Shown here: positions 45,717 to 55,584 of the stretch, piece by piece
How the letters are laid out: each line of letters starts with the position of its first letter
Position numbering within the stretch: the stretch's first letter is position 1
Source: a virus
Strand: one strand, 5' to 3'
Virus record (IMG/VR): IMGVR_UViG_3300026516_000166
Location: 3,510-67,509 of that record
DNA: 64,000 nucleotides
Made by a program: the position numbers and the translations under genes
The notes under the pieces: generated by a model
Told to the model about the DNA's origin: nothing
Databases searched by the model: none
What the model saw: only the letters and a program-made list of their open reading frames with translations

Positions 45717-47510
45717 CTATAGCTCCCGCGCGCCGCGGGGCTGGATGGTGCGGGCGGGCTGCGTCTGCGCCTGCTCGGCGCGGGCCGCGGCCCACTGCTC
45801 GCGTATCCAGGGGGGCAGCAGGTCTTCGTCGTTGGTGCAGTCCAGCGCCAGCCGGGTCATGAAGTCGATGTCGGCGGTGGAGGGGCGAATCTTGCGCACG
45901 GCCTGCTCCACGGCCTCGGCGGGGGTGATGGGCGCGCCGTCCATGTCGGCGTCCTCGACAAGCTCCACGGCCTTGGTGATGGCGGCCTCGATCTCGGCCC
46001 CCGTCCAGCCCTCGGTGGCGGCGATGGCCGCTTCTGGCGTGTCCAGGTCGACGCCCATGTAGCGGCGGGCCATGACCCGGAAGATGCTGGCCCGCTCCAC
46101 GGCCACGGGCACGAAGAAGGGCACCATCTTGTCGAAGCGGCCGGGGCGTTTTAAGGCGGCGTCCAGCAGGTCGGGGCGGTTGGTGGCGGCCAGGAAGACG
46201 ATCTGGCCGCGGTGCGAGGTCTCGGACATGAACTCCAGCGTCATCTGGAACAGCCGGTTCTCCTGCTGGTTGCCCGCGCCGTCCCCGCCCCTGCGGATCA
46301 CCTGGTCGATCTCGTCGATGAAGACGATGACGGGCGCGAAGGTCTTGATGGCGGTGAAGACGCGGCGCAGGTTGCGCTCCCCCTCCCCCTGCCACTTGCT
46401 GGCGATCTGGCCGCCAAAGTTGAGCTTGATCATCATCACGCCCGCCTCGCGCGCCAGCGCCTGCGCGACCGCGCTTTTTCCGGTTCCGGGCGCGCCTGTT
46501 AGCAAAATCCCCATCGGGACCCGCTGCCAGCGCCCTGCCCGCATAGGCCGGGTGACGTTGCGATCCAGGAAGCGCTTGACGTGCTCCAGCCCGCCGATCC
46601 CCTCCCAGCCGTAGCCGGGATCCACGAACTCCACGTTCTCCCCGTACTCGGCGGCCACAAGCTCGGCCTTGCGGGCCAGCACGGTCTCCCGTTGCAGCGC
46701 GCCGGAGTGGACGGCCTTGATGGCGATGTCTTCGATCTGGACGAGGTTGAGGGCTGCGGTCAGGCGGGCGAAGGCGTCCAGGTCGATCGCCATCTGCGTG
46801 CCGTTCCAGTCGATGCCCTCCACGAAGGCTTTGCGGGCTGCCAGGTCGGGGTAGGGGATGGCGATCTGCTCGAAGCGGCTGGCCGCGGAGCGGATGGTCT
46901 CGTGCAGACCGCCCACGTCGCTGGTGACCAGGAAGATGGCGTTGCCGATCATCTCCAACAGCTTGTCCGAGGCCCAATTGCGCACCCGCACCAGGTTCTG
47001 GCGGTCGGCGGGCGACATGGTGGCGACGTCCCCGGCCGGCGTGATCATCTCGGCGTCGAAGATCATCACCGCGCTGGACACGTCCTGCTTGAGCAGCAGT
47101 TCCTCCAGCAGGGGCAGGGCCGCGGCCGGGGCCTTGTAGTCGGCCAGCGGGTCGGCGTTGGCGGCGGGCTGCTGGCCCAGGGCCGCCATCAGCGGGTTGG
47201 CGGGGGCGGCCTTGGGAGCGTCCAGGCGCATCAGGCGGATGAAGCGCGTCCGGCAACTGAGTTCAGGATCGACCTTGCCCTGCGTCACCTCTGCGTCGTC
47301 GGGGAAGGCGAAGCCGCGCGCGATGTCGTAGAAGACCACCACGTCGCGGCTGGTCATGGCCGCGGCCATGTACTCGGGCAGCGTGGCCGTGCCCACCACG
47401 TAGTCCTTGACGTTGAAGTGCAGGATGAAGGCGTGGTGGCGGCGGAACTTGTCGCGCAGGGTCTCGAACCATTCGGGGGTGGGGGTCTGGGTCTTGGGGC
47501 GGGTTGGCAT
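45717..47510 (-). CDS. AAA+ ATPase (Ycf46/Cdc48-like, degenerate first module)
   Basis: IGGLEHVK, GILLTGAPGTGKS, FIDEID, ATNRPDLLDAALKRPGRFD, GWTGAEIE. Confidence 0.9.
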   Translation of the reverse strand: MPTRPKTQTPTPEWFETLRDKFRRHHAFILHFNVKDYVVGTATLPEYMAAAMTSRDVVVFYDIARGFAFPDDAEVTQGKVDPELSCRTRFIRLMRLDAPKAAPANPLMAALGQQPAANADPLADYKAPAAALPLLEELLLKQDVSSAVMIFDAEMITPAGDVATMSPADRQNLVRVRNWASDKLLEMIGNAIFLVTSDVGGLHETIRSAASRFEQIAIPYPDLAARKAFVEGIDWNGTQMAIDLDAFARLTAALNLVQIEDIAIKAVHSGALQRETVLARKAELVAAEYGENVEFVDPGYGWEGIGGLEHVKRFLDRNVTRPMRAGRWQRVPMGILLTGAPGTGKSAVAQALAREAGVMMIKLNFGGQIASKWQGEGERNLRRVFTAIKTFAPVIVFIDEIDQVIRRGGDGAGNQQENRLFQMTLEFMSETSHRGQIVFLAATNRPDLLDAALKRPGRFDKMVPFFVPVAVERASIFRVMARRYMGVDLDTPEAAIAATEGWTGAEIEAAITKAVELVEDADMDGAPITPAEAVEQAVRKIRPSTADIDFMTRLALDCTNDEDLLPPWIREQWAAARAEQAQTQPARTIQPRGAREL

Positions 47511-47534
47511 GGTGAGTTCCTTTCGTGCTCAAAT

Positions 47535-47592
47535 ATGCAGAATACTCATATTTCTATCATTATAACAGGAAAGCATAGTGAAGTCAATCCCC
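47535..47592 (-). promoter_or_regulatory. early promoter repeat, copy 3
   Basis: TTGACT(47587)-17 nt-TATAAT(47564) on minus strand. Confidence 0.85.
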
Positions 47593-47987
47593 TATTTCTC
47601 TCCCTTGCGGTTATATTCTCAATTTCTTGGAACCGTTGACAGCGCGGCCCGACCTGTGGTATCTTGGTCTTGGGTGATGTGATTTCCTTTCGTGGCGACG
47701 ATCCGCAGCTCCCTCCGGCTGCGGATCGTCTGGTTTCTGGAACCAAAAGACCCCCAGGCTGTCGGCTTGGGGGTCTTGCACTATCGGTAAGGGAGCAAAA
47801 CGGCTTAGGCTAGGCTGCTCTTTGCAGATAAAGAAAGCGCCTGCAGCCCAGGAAATGACCACGCAATGGATGCCGGATTTCTACTGCAAATATGACACAG
47901 ATCATGGCCCAAGGTACGTCCGTGTGGTAGAATTCACTTGACACGTCCCGTGGACGTGCCCATACCAGCTGGGATGAGGTGCAGGTC

Positions 47988-48977
47988 ATGTCAACAGGGA
48001 CTATATCGTGTACATACGAGAAGCTCATCGTTCCAAAAGGGACGCCTTACTGGCTATTCTGGCCGGCAGTTGGGGCAGTTGGTTTCTTGATCGGCGAGAT
48101 TATCGTGAGAGTCTCTGGAGAGGACTATTTGTTCTGGACGCGTCTTTTGTTTGCAAGCGGATTGGCCATTTTCCCGATCTTTTTTACTTGGACGTCGAGC
48201 GAGTTTCAACGAACCATGACCGAGGTGGCACCAGTATTGTGGGCCAACCAAACTGAGTTCGAGCAATGGGTGAATAACCGTAGTATTCGAATGTTTACGC
48301 TGGACCAATGGCCAGCACGACTCGTCACGCTTGGCATTGTACTGTCCGCTTATGTCACCATTGGCTCGGCAGGCCTGCCCTTTAGAGACGCATATATAAG
48401 TGGTATTGCTTTGGTTGGGTTTGCGCCCCTAATGCTAGTGTGCGGACATGTTGGCTATATGCTGCTCGATCTACTGTTTAGTCTTAGACAGTTGATGCGT
48501 CGCCGCGCGACAGTTCCATTTTTCTTTGTTCCACACCCTGCAATCACTCGTATTCAGAGATTCTACTCCACCGTCGCCATCCTAATAACCTTCGCCTATA
48601 TGTGCCTCATCCTTGCGATCTGGCAGGGACCATACGGTCTAACGGCATCAATGCGCATTTGGCTAACTGTCCTGAGCTTCTATCCCCTTAGTCTGTTTGT
48701 TTGGTCGTTCTCCCAGGTTCATGTGCTCATGCAGCGCATTAAGACCAAACAGGTTGAACTCGTAAATGCGGAGATTCAAGAGAGCCTAACTAACGCATTT
48801 CGGACTGATGACATCCATAGCATGGAGCGTCTTGAGAGATTGATGGCGATACAGGACAAAGTTCAAGGCATGAAGGAATGGCCGTTTGCGCTCGGCAACG
48901 TAGCGACCTTCCTGATCACTCTCGCAGCGGCTGCGACACAGGTAATTGCGGCATGGGCGGCGCTCCGAACACCCTGA
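47988..48977 (+). CDS. multi-pass membrane protein (lower-GC insertion)
   Basis: about 7 hydrophobic segments, C-terminal EWPF motif, opposite strand to neighbours. Confidence 0.75.
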   Translation: MSTGTISCTYEKLIVPKGTPYWLFWPAVGAVGFLIGEIIVRVSGEDYLFWTRLLFASGLAIFPIFFTWTSSEFQRTMTEVAPVLWANQTEFEQWVNNRSIRMFTLDQWPARLVTLGIVLSAYVTIGSAGLPFRDAYISGIALVGFAPLMLVCGHVGYMLLDLLFSLRQLMRRRATVPFFFVPHPAITRIQRFYSTVAILITFAYMCLILAIWQGPYGLTASMRIWLTVLSFYPLSLFVWSFSQVHVLMQRIKTKQVELVNAEIQESLTNAFRTDDIHSMERLERLMAIQDKVQGMKEWPFALGNVATFLITLAAAATQVIAAWAALRTP

Positions 48978-49013
48978 TGCTCCGATGATGGACTCGCGTC
49001 TTGGTCTCGTAGC

Positions 49014-49235
49014 CTAGTGATGATGCCCGACCCCATGCTGGTGCAGCAGCATGTGGCTGTCGTCGGGGATGTGCCGCTCGACCTCGCCGGCGAAGGCGAT
49101 GGGCAGGCCCAGCCGCGCCGCCGCCCGCTTGAACGCCTCAATCCTGGCCTTGGCGACGGCGAAGTCGCCGTCCGGGGTGTTGTCGAACGCGATCACGACC
49201 TGTCCGTTAGGGCTGAAGATGACTTGGCCTTTCAT
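49014..49235 (-). CDS. small DUF2997-like protein
   Basis: VIFSPNGQVVI pattern, His-rich tail, SD AGGAG. Confidence 0.45.
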   Translation of the reverse strand: MKGQVIFSPNGQVVIAFDNTPDGDFAVAKARIEAFKRAAARLGLPIAFAGEVERHIPDDSHMLLHQHGVGHHH

Positions 49236-49250
49236 CGTGGTCTCCTGTAG

Positions 49251-49729
49251 TTACAATGAGAATGACACGACCCGCGCGCCGGTGGGGGTGTAGGCGTCGC
49301 CGGTGACGGCGATCCCGGCCGCCTCGGCCAGCATCCTGACCACGAGGTTCTGGGTGGCGATGGGGGCGCAGCGGCCTTGACCATCTCGACGAACTGGTCG
49401 AGGATCGAGCGGGCGCGGGTGGGGTTGGCGTTGTCGTAGTCGGCGTAGTAGCCATCCAGGGAGGTCAGCCGGCCACTGCTGTTGATGGCGATGCCGATGT
49501 TGCGGGCGTAGAAGAAGACGCTGCGGGTCTCCGGGGTGATGATCTCGGCCAGCGGCCGCTGGGGGCGGTAGACGTGGCCGCCCAGGTTGCTGGTGACGCG
49601 CACCTCGGCGTCCCCGGTGATCTGGCCGAACGCCTGCGCCAGCATCTGGACGGCGGTGGGGTCCATCAGCACGCTGGCTACGTTCTCGGCGATGGTGGCC
49701 GTCTGGACGGCCAGTTTGTCGCATGGCAT
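49251..49729 (-). pseudogene. DUF1257/Ycf35-like gene with apparent frameshift at a C5 run
   Basis: N-part MPCDKLAV... in one frame, plausible C-part ATQNLVVRMLAEAAG...VVSFSL in another; switch at 49362-49366. Confidence 0.4.
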
Positions 49730-49773
49730 GGGTGGTGCTCCTTGGTGAGGGTTGGTTTCCTTTGGTGTTTGGA

Positions 49774-49824
49774 TTACTCATATTTTCTATATTATAACAG
49801 GATAGTGAATAGAAGTCAATCCCC
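49774..49824 (-). promoter_or_regulatory. early promoter repeat, copy 4
   Basis: TTGACT(49819)-17 nt-TATAAT(49796) on minus strand. Confidence 0.85.
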
Positions 49825-50049
49825 ATTTCTACATACTGGCATACCGGGGAGAGGGATAGGGGAGAATGGGTATGAGGTGGCAAAGGAGGAGACGCAGCAG
49901 GATAAGGGTATGACGGTTTGCTCTCCGCTTTGCAGTATGCGGTTTGCATGTATAATTGTGAGGCTTGGCAATCCGGTCAAGCAGTCATTATGTCTTTTGG
50001 TCTCTGAGTATCAGCGACCGGTCAATAAATCCTATCCGGGAGTGCTCCA

Positions 50050-53000
50050 TTGCCAGGTGAAACCCAACGCAACATCGCTACAGGGAGGGATGCAGCGCAG
50101 GCTATCGCTCAGTCCGCCCAACGGATCGTGACGGCTGCTGTCATTGCAACGGCGTCGGCAGGCAACGAGGCGAATCTCAGATTTGAGATTGAAAAGGCGC
50201 TGGAACAAGAATGCGTCGCCTTGGGAATACCATGGATTCCGTTCCAATTGGAGCGCCCACTTCGTAACGAAGTGGGCAGAGTGGGTTTTGCAGATGCAAT
50301 TCACGGCGCAGTAATCATCGAGTATGAACCGCCTGCGTCGTTCAGAGGTCAGGAAGGTGCAGTCCTGTCACACGCCAGGGGTCAAGCTGTTGATTATGCC
50401 GAACGCATGTCCAGAGAGGAAGGGCGGCCAATTGGAGAATATGTCCTTATCGCGTGGGATGGTGCGCATATTAACTTTGGTCGGATGGATGCATTGCGGC
50501 CAATATGGGAGCGGCTGGAATCTTTTGGGCAGGCTAATGCAGAACGTTTGTTGCGCCATCTGCGCGATGACGGCGCGCCCTTGGTGCATCCTGCCATTCT
50601 TCGTGCTATCGTTGGTCCAGACTCCATTGTGGGCGGCATCCTCATTCCGCGCCTATTTGAAGCTGTTGTTGTAGCCGATGCTCAGGGTGATGAGAATCGT
50701 AGGCAGACAAAGACAACACTTCTGTTTCGCGAGTGGAGTAGACTATTCGGCCAAGCGGTGGGCATTGAAACAGATCGCCTTCAACAATATCTTGCCATCC
50801 AGTCTGGTGCGCACCGAGTTGAGTATGGTGCCAACATACCCGCCTATCTGTTCGCCCTTCACACCCACATCGCAACTGTAGCAAAGCTGGTTGCCGCTTT
50901 TTCGCTTCCCAACCCCTCACAGAATGTCGCCGATCCGAATGTACCACTTAGGCAACGAATGAAGGTTCTGGAGTCAGGTACGCTTTTCACCGATGCTGGC
51001 ATCGTGAACATGCTCACTGGCGACTTCTTTTCATGGTATGTTGATGATGCCGCGTGGTCGGACTTTGCTCCTGGCTTGAATGATTTGATCGGCCGCCTTA
51101 GAGGGGTCTCGTTTGATATTACAAAGAAGCGGCCGGAGTCTGTTCGCGATCTCTTCAAGGGTCTCTACGAGGTCTTTGTTCCCCGTGAACTGCGCCACGC
51201 CTTAGGTGAGATTTACACTCCCGACTGGTTGGCTGAGCACGCACTTGACCAAATTGGCTGGTTGCCAAGTCATGATCTTCTTGATCCAACATGCGGAACA
51301 GGAACCTTCATGCTTGAGGCCATTAAGCGAAGATTGGTTTCGGCTCAAGATGCCGGGGTATCCTTGACGCTTGACCGCATTCTGTCTGGCTTGCATGGGA
51401 TTGATCTGAATCCCTTAGCCGTCCTCGGAGCTAAAGCCTCTATCGTAGTGGTTCTAGGCTCTCACCTTGATCCAAGCCGTCCGGTTGTTCTTCCGATCTA
51501 TCTGGCTGACGCTATTAACTCCGCAGATCCAACCGAGGACAACTTTTTTGAACATGAACTGCCAACAGAACTCGGCCCCAAGCGATTTGAAGTGCCGTCG
51601 CCTTTGGTGCGGAGTCCGCTACTGTTCGAGGTATTTGATCGGATTCGTTTACTGATTGATGCCGGTAGAAATGCGGCTGAAATTATGGCTGGCATTAGCC
51701 CCATGATCGAAACGCTGGCCCTCTCGACCGACGAGCTTGGCCGAGTTCAGCGCACGCTACAGGTCTTTGTTGATCTTCATGAACAAGGCTGGAATGGCAT
51801 ATGGGCACCGATTCTGGCTGATCGTTTTGCGGCAGGAGCCATTCCGCCGGTAAGTCACATTGCCGGAAATCCACCATGGGTCAAATGGAGCCATCTTCCG
51901 CCTGCCTACGCCGAATTCATAAAGCCGCTATGCCAGAGAATGAACGTATTCAGTCGAGATCGCTACGTAGGGGGTATCGAGTCCGACATTTCCACGGTCA
52001 TCACATTTGCTGCAATACGGAAGTGGCTTGCCCCGAACGGAAAACTGGCGTTCTTCATCACCGCAACGGTGTTCAGTAACGAAAGCAGCCAAGGATTTCG
52101 TCGATTTCAGTACGACAATGGCACACCGATGGCCGCTGTGAAGTTGGTTGAGGACTTTCAAGCGATTGCACCATTTGAAGGTGTGACCAATCACCCCGCT
52201 CTTCTTGTGGTTCAAAAGGATCAGGGAACAGAGTATCCGGTGCCCTATTGTTTCTGGCGACCGGGGCCGAACACTCGCCCAGGTCAACAGTTTCCCGACG
52301 CTGCTACGTTCCGCACATTAGTCCCACGAACCTGCGTGCTCGCCGAGCCTGTGCCTGGATCGGATTCAGGACCTTGGTTGAAAGGAACGAATGAGGAGCA
52401 TGGGGTTTGGAATTCAGTGTTCGATGCATCCGTTCAGTCACATTATCGCGCAAGGAAAGGTATAACTACCGACCTGAACGGGGTGTACTTCGTGCGCGTA
52501 TTTCCAGTAGCTGGAGAAGAAGGATCGAACATTTGGGTCCAGAACGACCCAACCATTGGTCGGAAGTCAGAAATTGCCCAGGTTCGGAAGATCGTGGAAA
52601 AGACGCATGTGTTTCCGTTAATTCGCGGTCGGGGTGTCAATCCATTCCAAGCCATTCCTGATCCCAATTTCAAGGTAATCGTCCCTCAACGCGGTATGCA
52701 TGGCGACGCGACTCTTCCAACATCCGCTCCTCGCACCTACGGCTACTTCAGCGGTTTTGAAACTCATCTCCGCCAAAGGGCAAGTTATCGTCGCTATCAG
52801 CAAGGCCAGCCATACTGGTCAACATGGAGCACAGGCGCTTACACGTTTAGCCGTTACAAGGTGCTCTGGAGAGAAATGGCAGGACGCAGGTTCTGTGCTG
52901 CGTATGTCAGTCCAGCAAATGACGCCGTATTAGGCGAACGAGTCGTCATTCCAGACCACAAACTGTACTTCGTTTCAGTGGACACAGAGGACGAAGCAGC

Positions 53001-53247
53001 GTACCTTACAGCGATCCTCAATGCACCGGTCATCTCTTCTGCCATCTCGGCCTACGCTGCCCAACTGAGCCTTGGTACCAGCGTAATCGAGAACTTGAGA
53101 ATACCGGCTTTTGATCTTGATGTCCCAAACCACCTAGGACTATCCAAGATCGGGAAAGAAGCAACGGAGCGCGAGGGTCTACTAACTCAGGAAGATTTCG
53201 AGGCACTGGATCGTCTTGCGTTCGATGTGGTAAGTGGACATCCCTAA
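50050..53247 (+). CDS. type IIG-like fused restriction-modification enzyme (N6-adenine MTase with TRD)
   Basis: LGEIYTP, LDPTCGTG, GIDLNP, GNPPW; N-terminal FAD...IIEYE nuclease-like motif; C-terminal KVLWRE TRD region. Confidence 0.85.
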   Translation: MPGETQRNIATGRDAAQAIAQSAQRIVTAAVIATASAGNEANLRFEIEKALEQECVALGIPWIPFQLERPLRNEVGRVGFADAIHGAVIIEYEPPASFRGQEGAVLSHARGQAVDYAERMSREEGRPIGEYVLIAWDGAHINFGRMDALRPIWERLESFGQANAERLLRHLRDDGAPLVHPAILRAIVGPDSIVGGILIPRLFEAVVVADAQGDENRRQTKTTLLFREWSRLFGQAVGIETDRLQQYLAIQSGAHRVEYGANIPAYLFALHTHIATVAKLVAAFSLPNPSQNVADPNVPLRQRMKVLESGTLFTDAGIVNMLTGDFFSWYVDDAAWSDFAPGLNDLIGRLRGVSFDITKKRPESVRDLFKGLYEVFVPRELRHALGEIYTPDWLAEHALDQIGWLPSHDLLDPTCGTGTFMLEAIKRRLVSAQDAGVSLTLDRILSGLHGIDLNPLAVLGAKASIVVVLGSHLDPSRPVVLPIYLADAINSADPTEDNFFEHELPTELGPKRFEVPSPLVRSPLLFEVFDRIRLLIDAGRNAAEIMAGISPMIETLALSTDELGRVQRTLQVFVDLHEQGWNGIWAPILADRFAAGAIPPVSHIAGNPPWVKWSHLPPAYAEFIKPLCQRMNVFSRDRYVGGIESDISTVITFAAIRKWLAPNGKLAFFITATVFSNESSQGFRRFQYDNGTPMAAVKLVEDFQAIAPFEGVTNHPALLVVQKDQGTEYPVPYCFWRPGPNTRPGQQFPDAATFRTLVPRTCVLAEPVPGSDSGPWLKGTNEEHGVWNSVFDASVQSHYRARKGITTDLNGVYFVRVFPVAGEEGSNIWVQNDPTIGRKSEIAQVRKIVEKTHVFPLIRGRGVNPFQAIPDPNFKVIVPQRGMHGDATLPTSAPRTYGYFSGFETHLRQRASYRRYQQGQPYWSTWSTGAYTFSRYKVLWREMAGRRFCAAYVSPANDAVLGERVVIPDHKLYFVSVDTEDEAAYLTAILNAPVISSAISAYAAQLSLGTSVIENLRIPAFDLDVPNHLGLSKIGKEATEREGLLTQEDFEALDRLAFDVVSGHP

Positions 53248-53326
53248 GAAGTTCACTGCGTCAACAATATAGTGGATCACTGCGTGGCTGGTGCAGCTTC
53301 GACCCAACGAGTGACACTCATCGAAT

Positions 53327-54250
53327 TCAGTCGTCTTCCAAAGGGAGCGCATACTGTTCACCGAATCTCGGATAGGCTCGAGCCAGCAATCTCTGAAAAC
53401 CCCGCCAGGATGATGATGCCTTCATCAGTGCGATTACTCCGGACAGATGGCTTTTTAGCTCAGGTACACCGTGATCCTCAGAAAGCCATTGGTGATGCTT
53501 CGCACTGCGACTTCCGCTTTCGTTGACTGGGTTCAGTTCCTGTAGTTTGTCTAGCACACCAGGGGCTAGTCTCTCGTAGACAATATCGTTTGTGTACTTG
53601 CCTACAACCCCAGGGCGGAATCTATATCCAAGCTCCTGATAAGGCCATCCTCGAAGTCGGAACATCTCTTTGTAGAATTCGTCAGGGAAGGCCTTGGCCC
53701 ACTTTAGTTTGTGATCTGATAAGTATTTTGCGAGGATTTGTTCAAGTGCGTTGCGTGCACGAATCTCCTGATATCCAGTCGCCTCATCAATTAAGGCAAC
53801 AATCCCAACCGTAGCATACGCGCGCAACAATAGCCGGCATCGCTCTGCAATATGCGTCTGACTCGGCTTGAGCGCTCCCGCGTCTTTGGCGTCCAAGAAG
53901 ACGTTGCACACTTCCGGCAAGAACTCGGCCCTATAGCCCACACCCTTGAGATTCTTCAATGTGACAAAGGGCACCGGTTCAGCTGATGTCAGAAGGCTTG
54001 GTGTAATGAAGGGCTGGATATTGTTGGCACTTAGGAAGACGGGCACTTCGGCCTCTCGCTCTTCGAGGTACACCTTGCCCTTTTTTACATTGCCTGTTCG
54101 CCCGATGGCCTTCACAAATTCCGTTTGAGTCAGTACCCTGGTACCGTCTTCTAATACAGCGCAAGGTAGCAGGATGTCCTCCGCCAAGTACACCTCTCCT
54201 TCATGAGTAGCCTTCAGAGGTTTGACACTGATTTTCGCTGGTGACTTCAT
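53327..54250 (-). CDS. P63C-domain protein
   Basis: PCAVLEDGTRVL, VGIVALIDEATGYQ, W.KAFPDEFY..MFRLRGW, KHHQWL. Confidence 0.85.
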   Translation of the reverse strand: MKSPAKISVKPLKATHEGEVYLAEDILLPCAVLEDGTRVLTQTEFVKAIGRTGNVKKGKVYLEEREAEVPVFLSANNIQPFITPSLLTSAEPVPFVTLKNLKGVGYRAEFLPEVCNVFLDAKDAGALKPSQTHIAERCRLLLRAYATVGIVALIDEATGYQEIRARNALEQILAKYLSDHKLKWAKAFPDEFYKEMFRLRGWPYQELGYRFRPGVVGKYTNDIVYERLAPGVLDKLQELNPVNESGSRSAKHHQWLSEDHGVPELKSHLSGVIALMKASSSWRGFQRLLARAYPRFGEQYALPLEDD

Positions 54251-54672
54251 GGTTCATCTCCTTCCGATAGAGACTGAGCGGCTTCCGCTATTGACAGTAA
54301 CAACTTACGTTGTTGCGAATCGTGAAATGCAATTGTAACCTTGTTGAGGATTCGACACGCTGTGTCCTTGCTGACACTGATCTGAGACGCTAGTTGACGA
54401 CCACTGATCCTCCCGTTCGATGATACAAACAATTCGATAGCCTGGAACCACTTCCCTAGATCGAGTCTCGTTCGCTGAAAAATCGTACCAACCGTGACAC
54501 TAAATGATGTGTTGCATTCGTTACAATGATGGCGCATTCCCCTTTCTATGGTGGTGACTCTTCTGGATTTGCAGTAAGGGCAGTTTGCGCGGCCACCCCA
54601 CCGTGCATTTTCAAGAAAACGAATGTACTGGTCACCAATCGGTTGTGCATCCACCGCTATTTTCTCAACCAT
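54247..54672 (-). mobile_element. IS1595-family transposase N-terminal remnant (Zn ribbon plus HTH, no DDE domain)
   Basis: RW...CPYCKS...CNECNTSFSVTVGTIF..T.L.L.KWF.AI...GRQLA. Confidence 0.75.
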
Positions 54673-54874
54673 GCCTGGATTATAGCACCTTCTCGATAAA
54701 TATTCACTACCGTTAGGCTAGACAGTTACGATTTCGACTACCGTAGGCTAGGACAAATTCGCGGCTGTGCCCAAAGGTGATGAAGATGATCGTGCCACCG
54801 AACATGATAGTCTCCCGCCAGCACCAGCCGACACCCCCAAACAACCTTCCCTCCCACCCTCCAAAACTCATGCA

Positions 54875-55192
54875 CTTACGATCATAACGACATACGCCAC
54901 CGCGCCCCACAACCCGATAGCAACTCGATAGCCCACTGATAGCCCACCCACGCCACACTCCCTCCCATCACACCCGCCCCGCCTGCTTCCTCCCCGCCCC
55001 CACCGCCCGCGCTCTGCTCGCCCCCGCAGCCCCTGCCCTCGCTCCCTTTCCCCGCATGGCAGTTCCGCTTCAAGTCATCGGCATAGGGTTACGATCATAA
55101 CCGCAGACGCCACCACGCCCGCCGCCCCGGCAGCATCCCGCTAGCCCACCGACACCCCATCACACCCGCTCTGACTGCTTCCTCCCCCCCCA
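54875..55192. repeat. degenerate ~213-nt C-rich tandem duplication
   Basis: TTACGATCATAAC...ACGCCACC...TAGCCCAC...CCCATCACACCCGC...CTGCTTCCTCCCC repeated from 54876 and 55089. Confidence 0.7.
55088..55101. promoter_or_regulatory. dispersed palindromic site
   Basis: GTTACGATCATAAC. Confidence 0.6.
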
Positions 55193-55233
55193 GCCGGCAG
55201 CGGGTGGCTTGCTTGCGGCGCGCTGCGTCAATG

Positions 55234-55584
55234 TCAGTCGGGAACTGACATGATGGGCTTGCTCAGGTCGGGAAACCTCAGCATAGCCAACTGATAGAAA
55301 TCATCCAGGGCTTCATCTGACCATTTTCTGGTCGACTCCGACGACTGATCAAATAGCACCCGCCCAAGAAGATGTACGAAGCGGTCACGAACCCAAATCA
55401 ATTCCCAGAGATTGTGATACCTGGAGGCAGCAGGGGTTCCTTTCATTGCGCGAGTACAAGGCTTGCAGACCACTTCGAGCCGCATGATGGCTTTTTCGAA
55501 GGTGAACGCCTGATTGTCCACCATGATGTTCGCTTGCCAGTCCGGAAGATCCTTTCCGCAGACCTTACATATTGGTGACAGCAT
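55234..55584 (-). CDS. hypothetical Zn-binding protein
   Basis: CKVC...CKPC. Confidence 0.55.
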   Translation of the reverse strand: MLSPICKVCGKDLPDWQANIMVDNQAFTFEKAIMRLEVVCKPCTRAMKGTPAASRYHNLWELIWVRDRFVHLLGRVLFDQSSESTRKWSDEALDDFYQLAMLRFPDLSKPIMSVPD

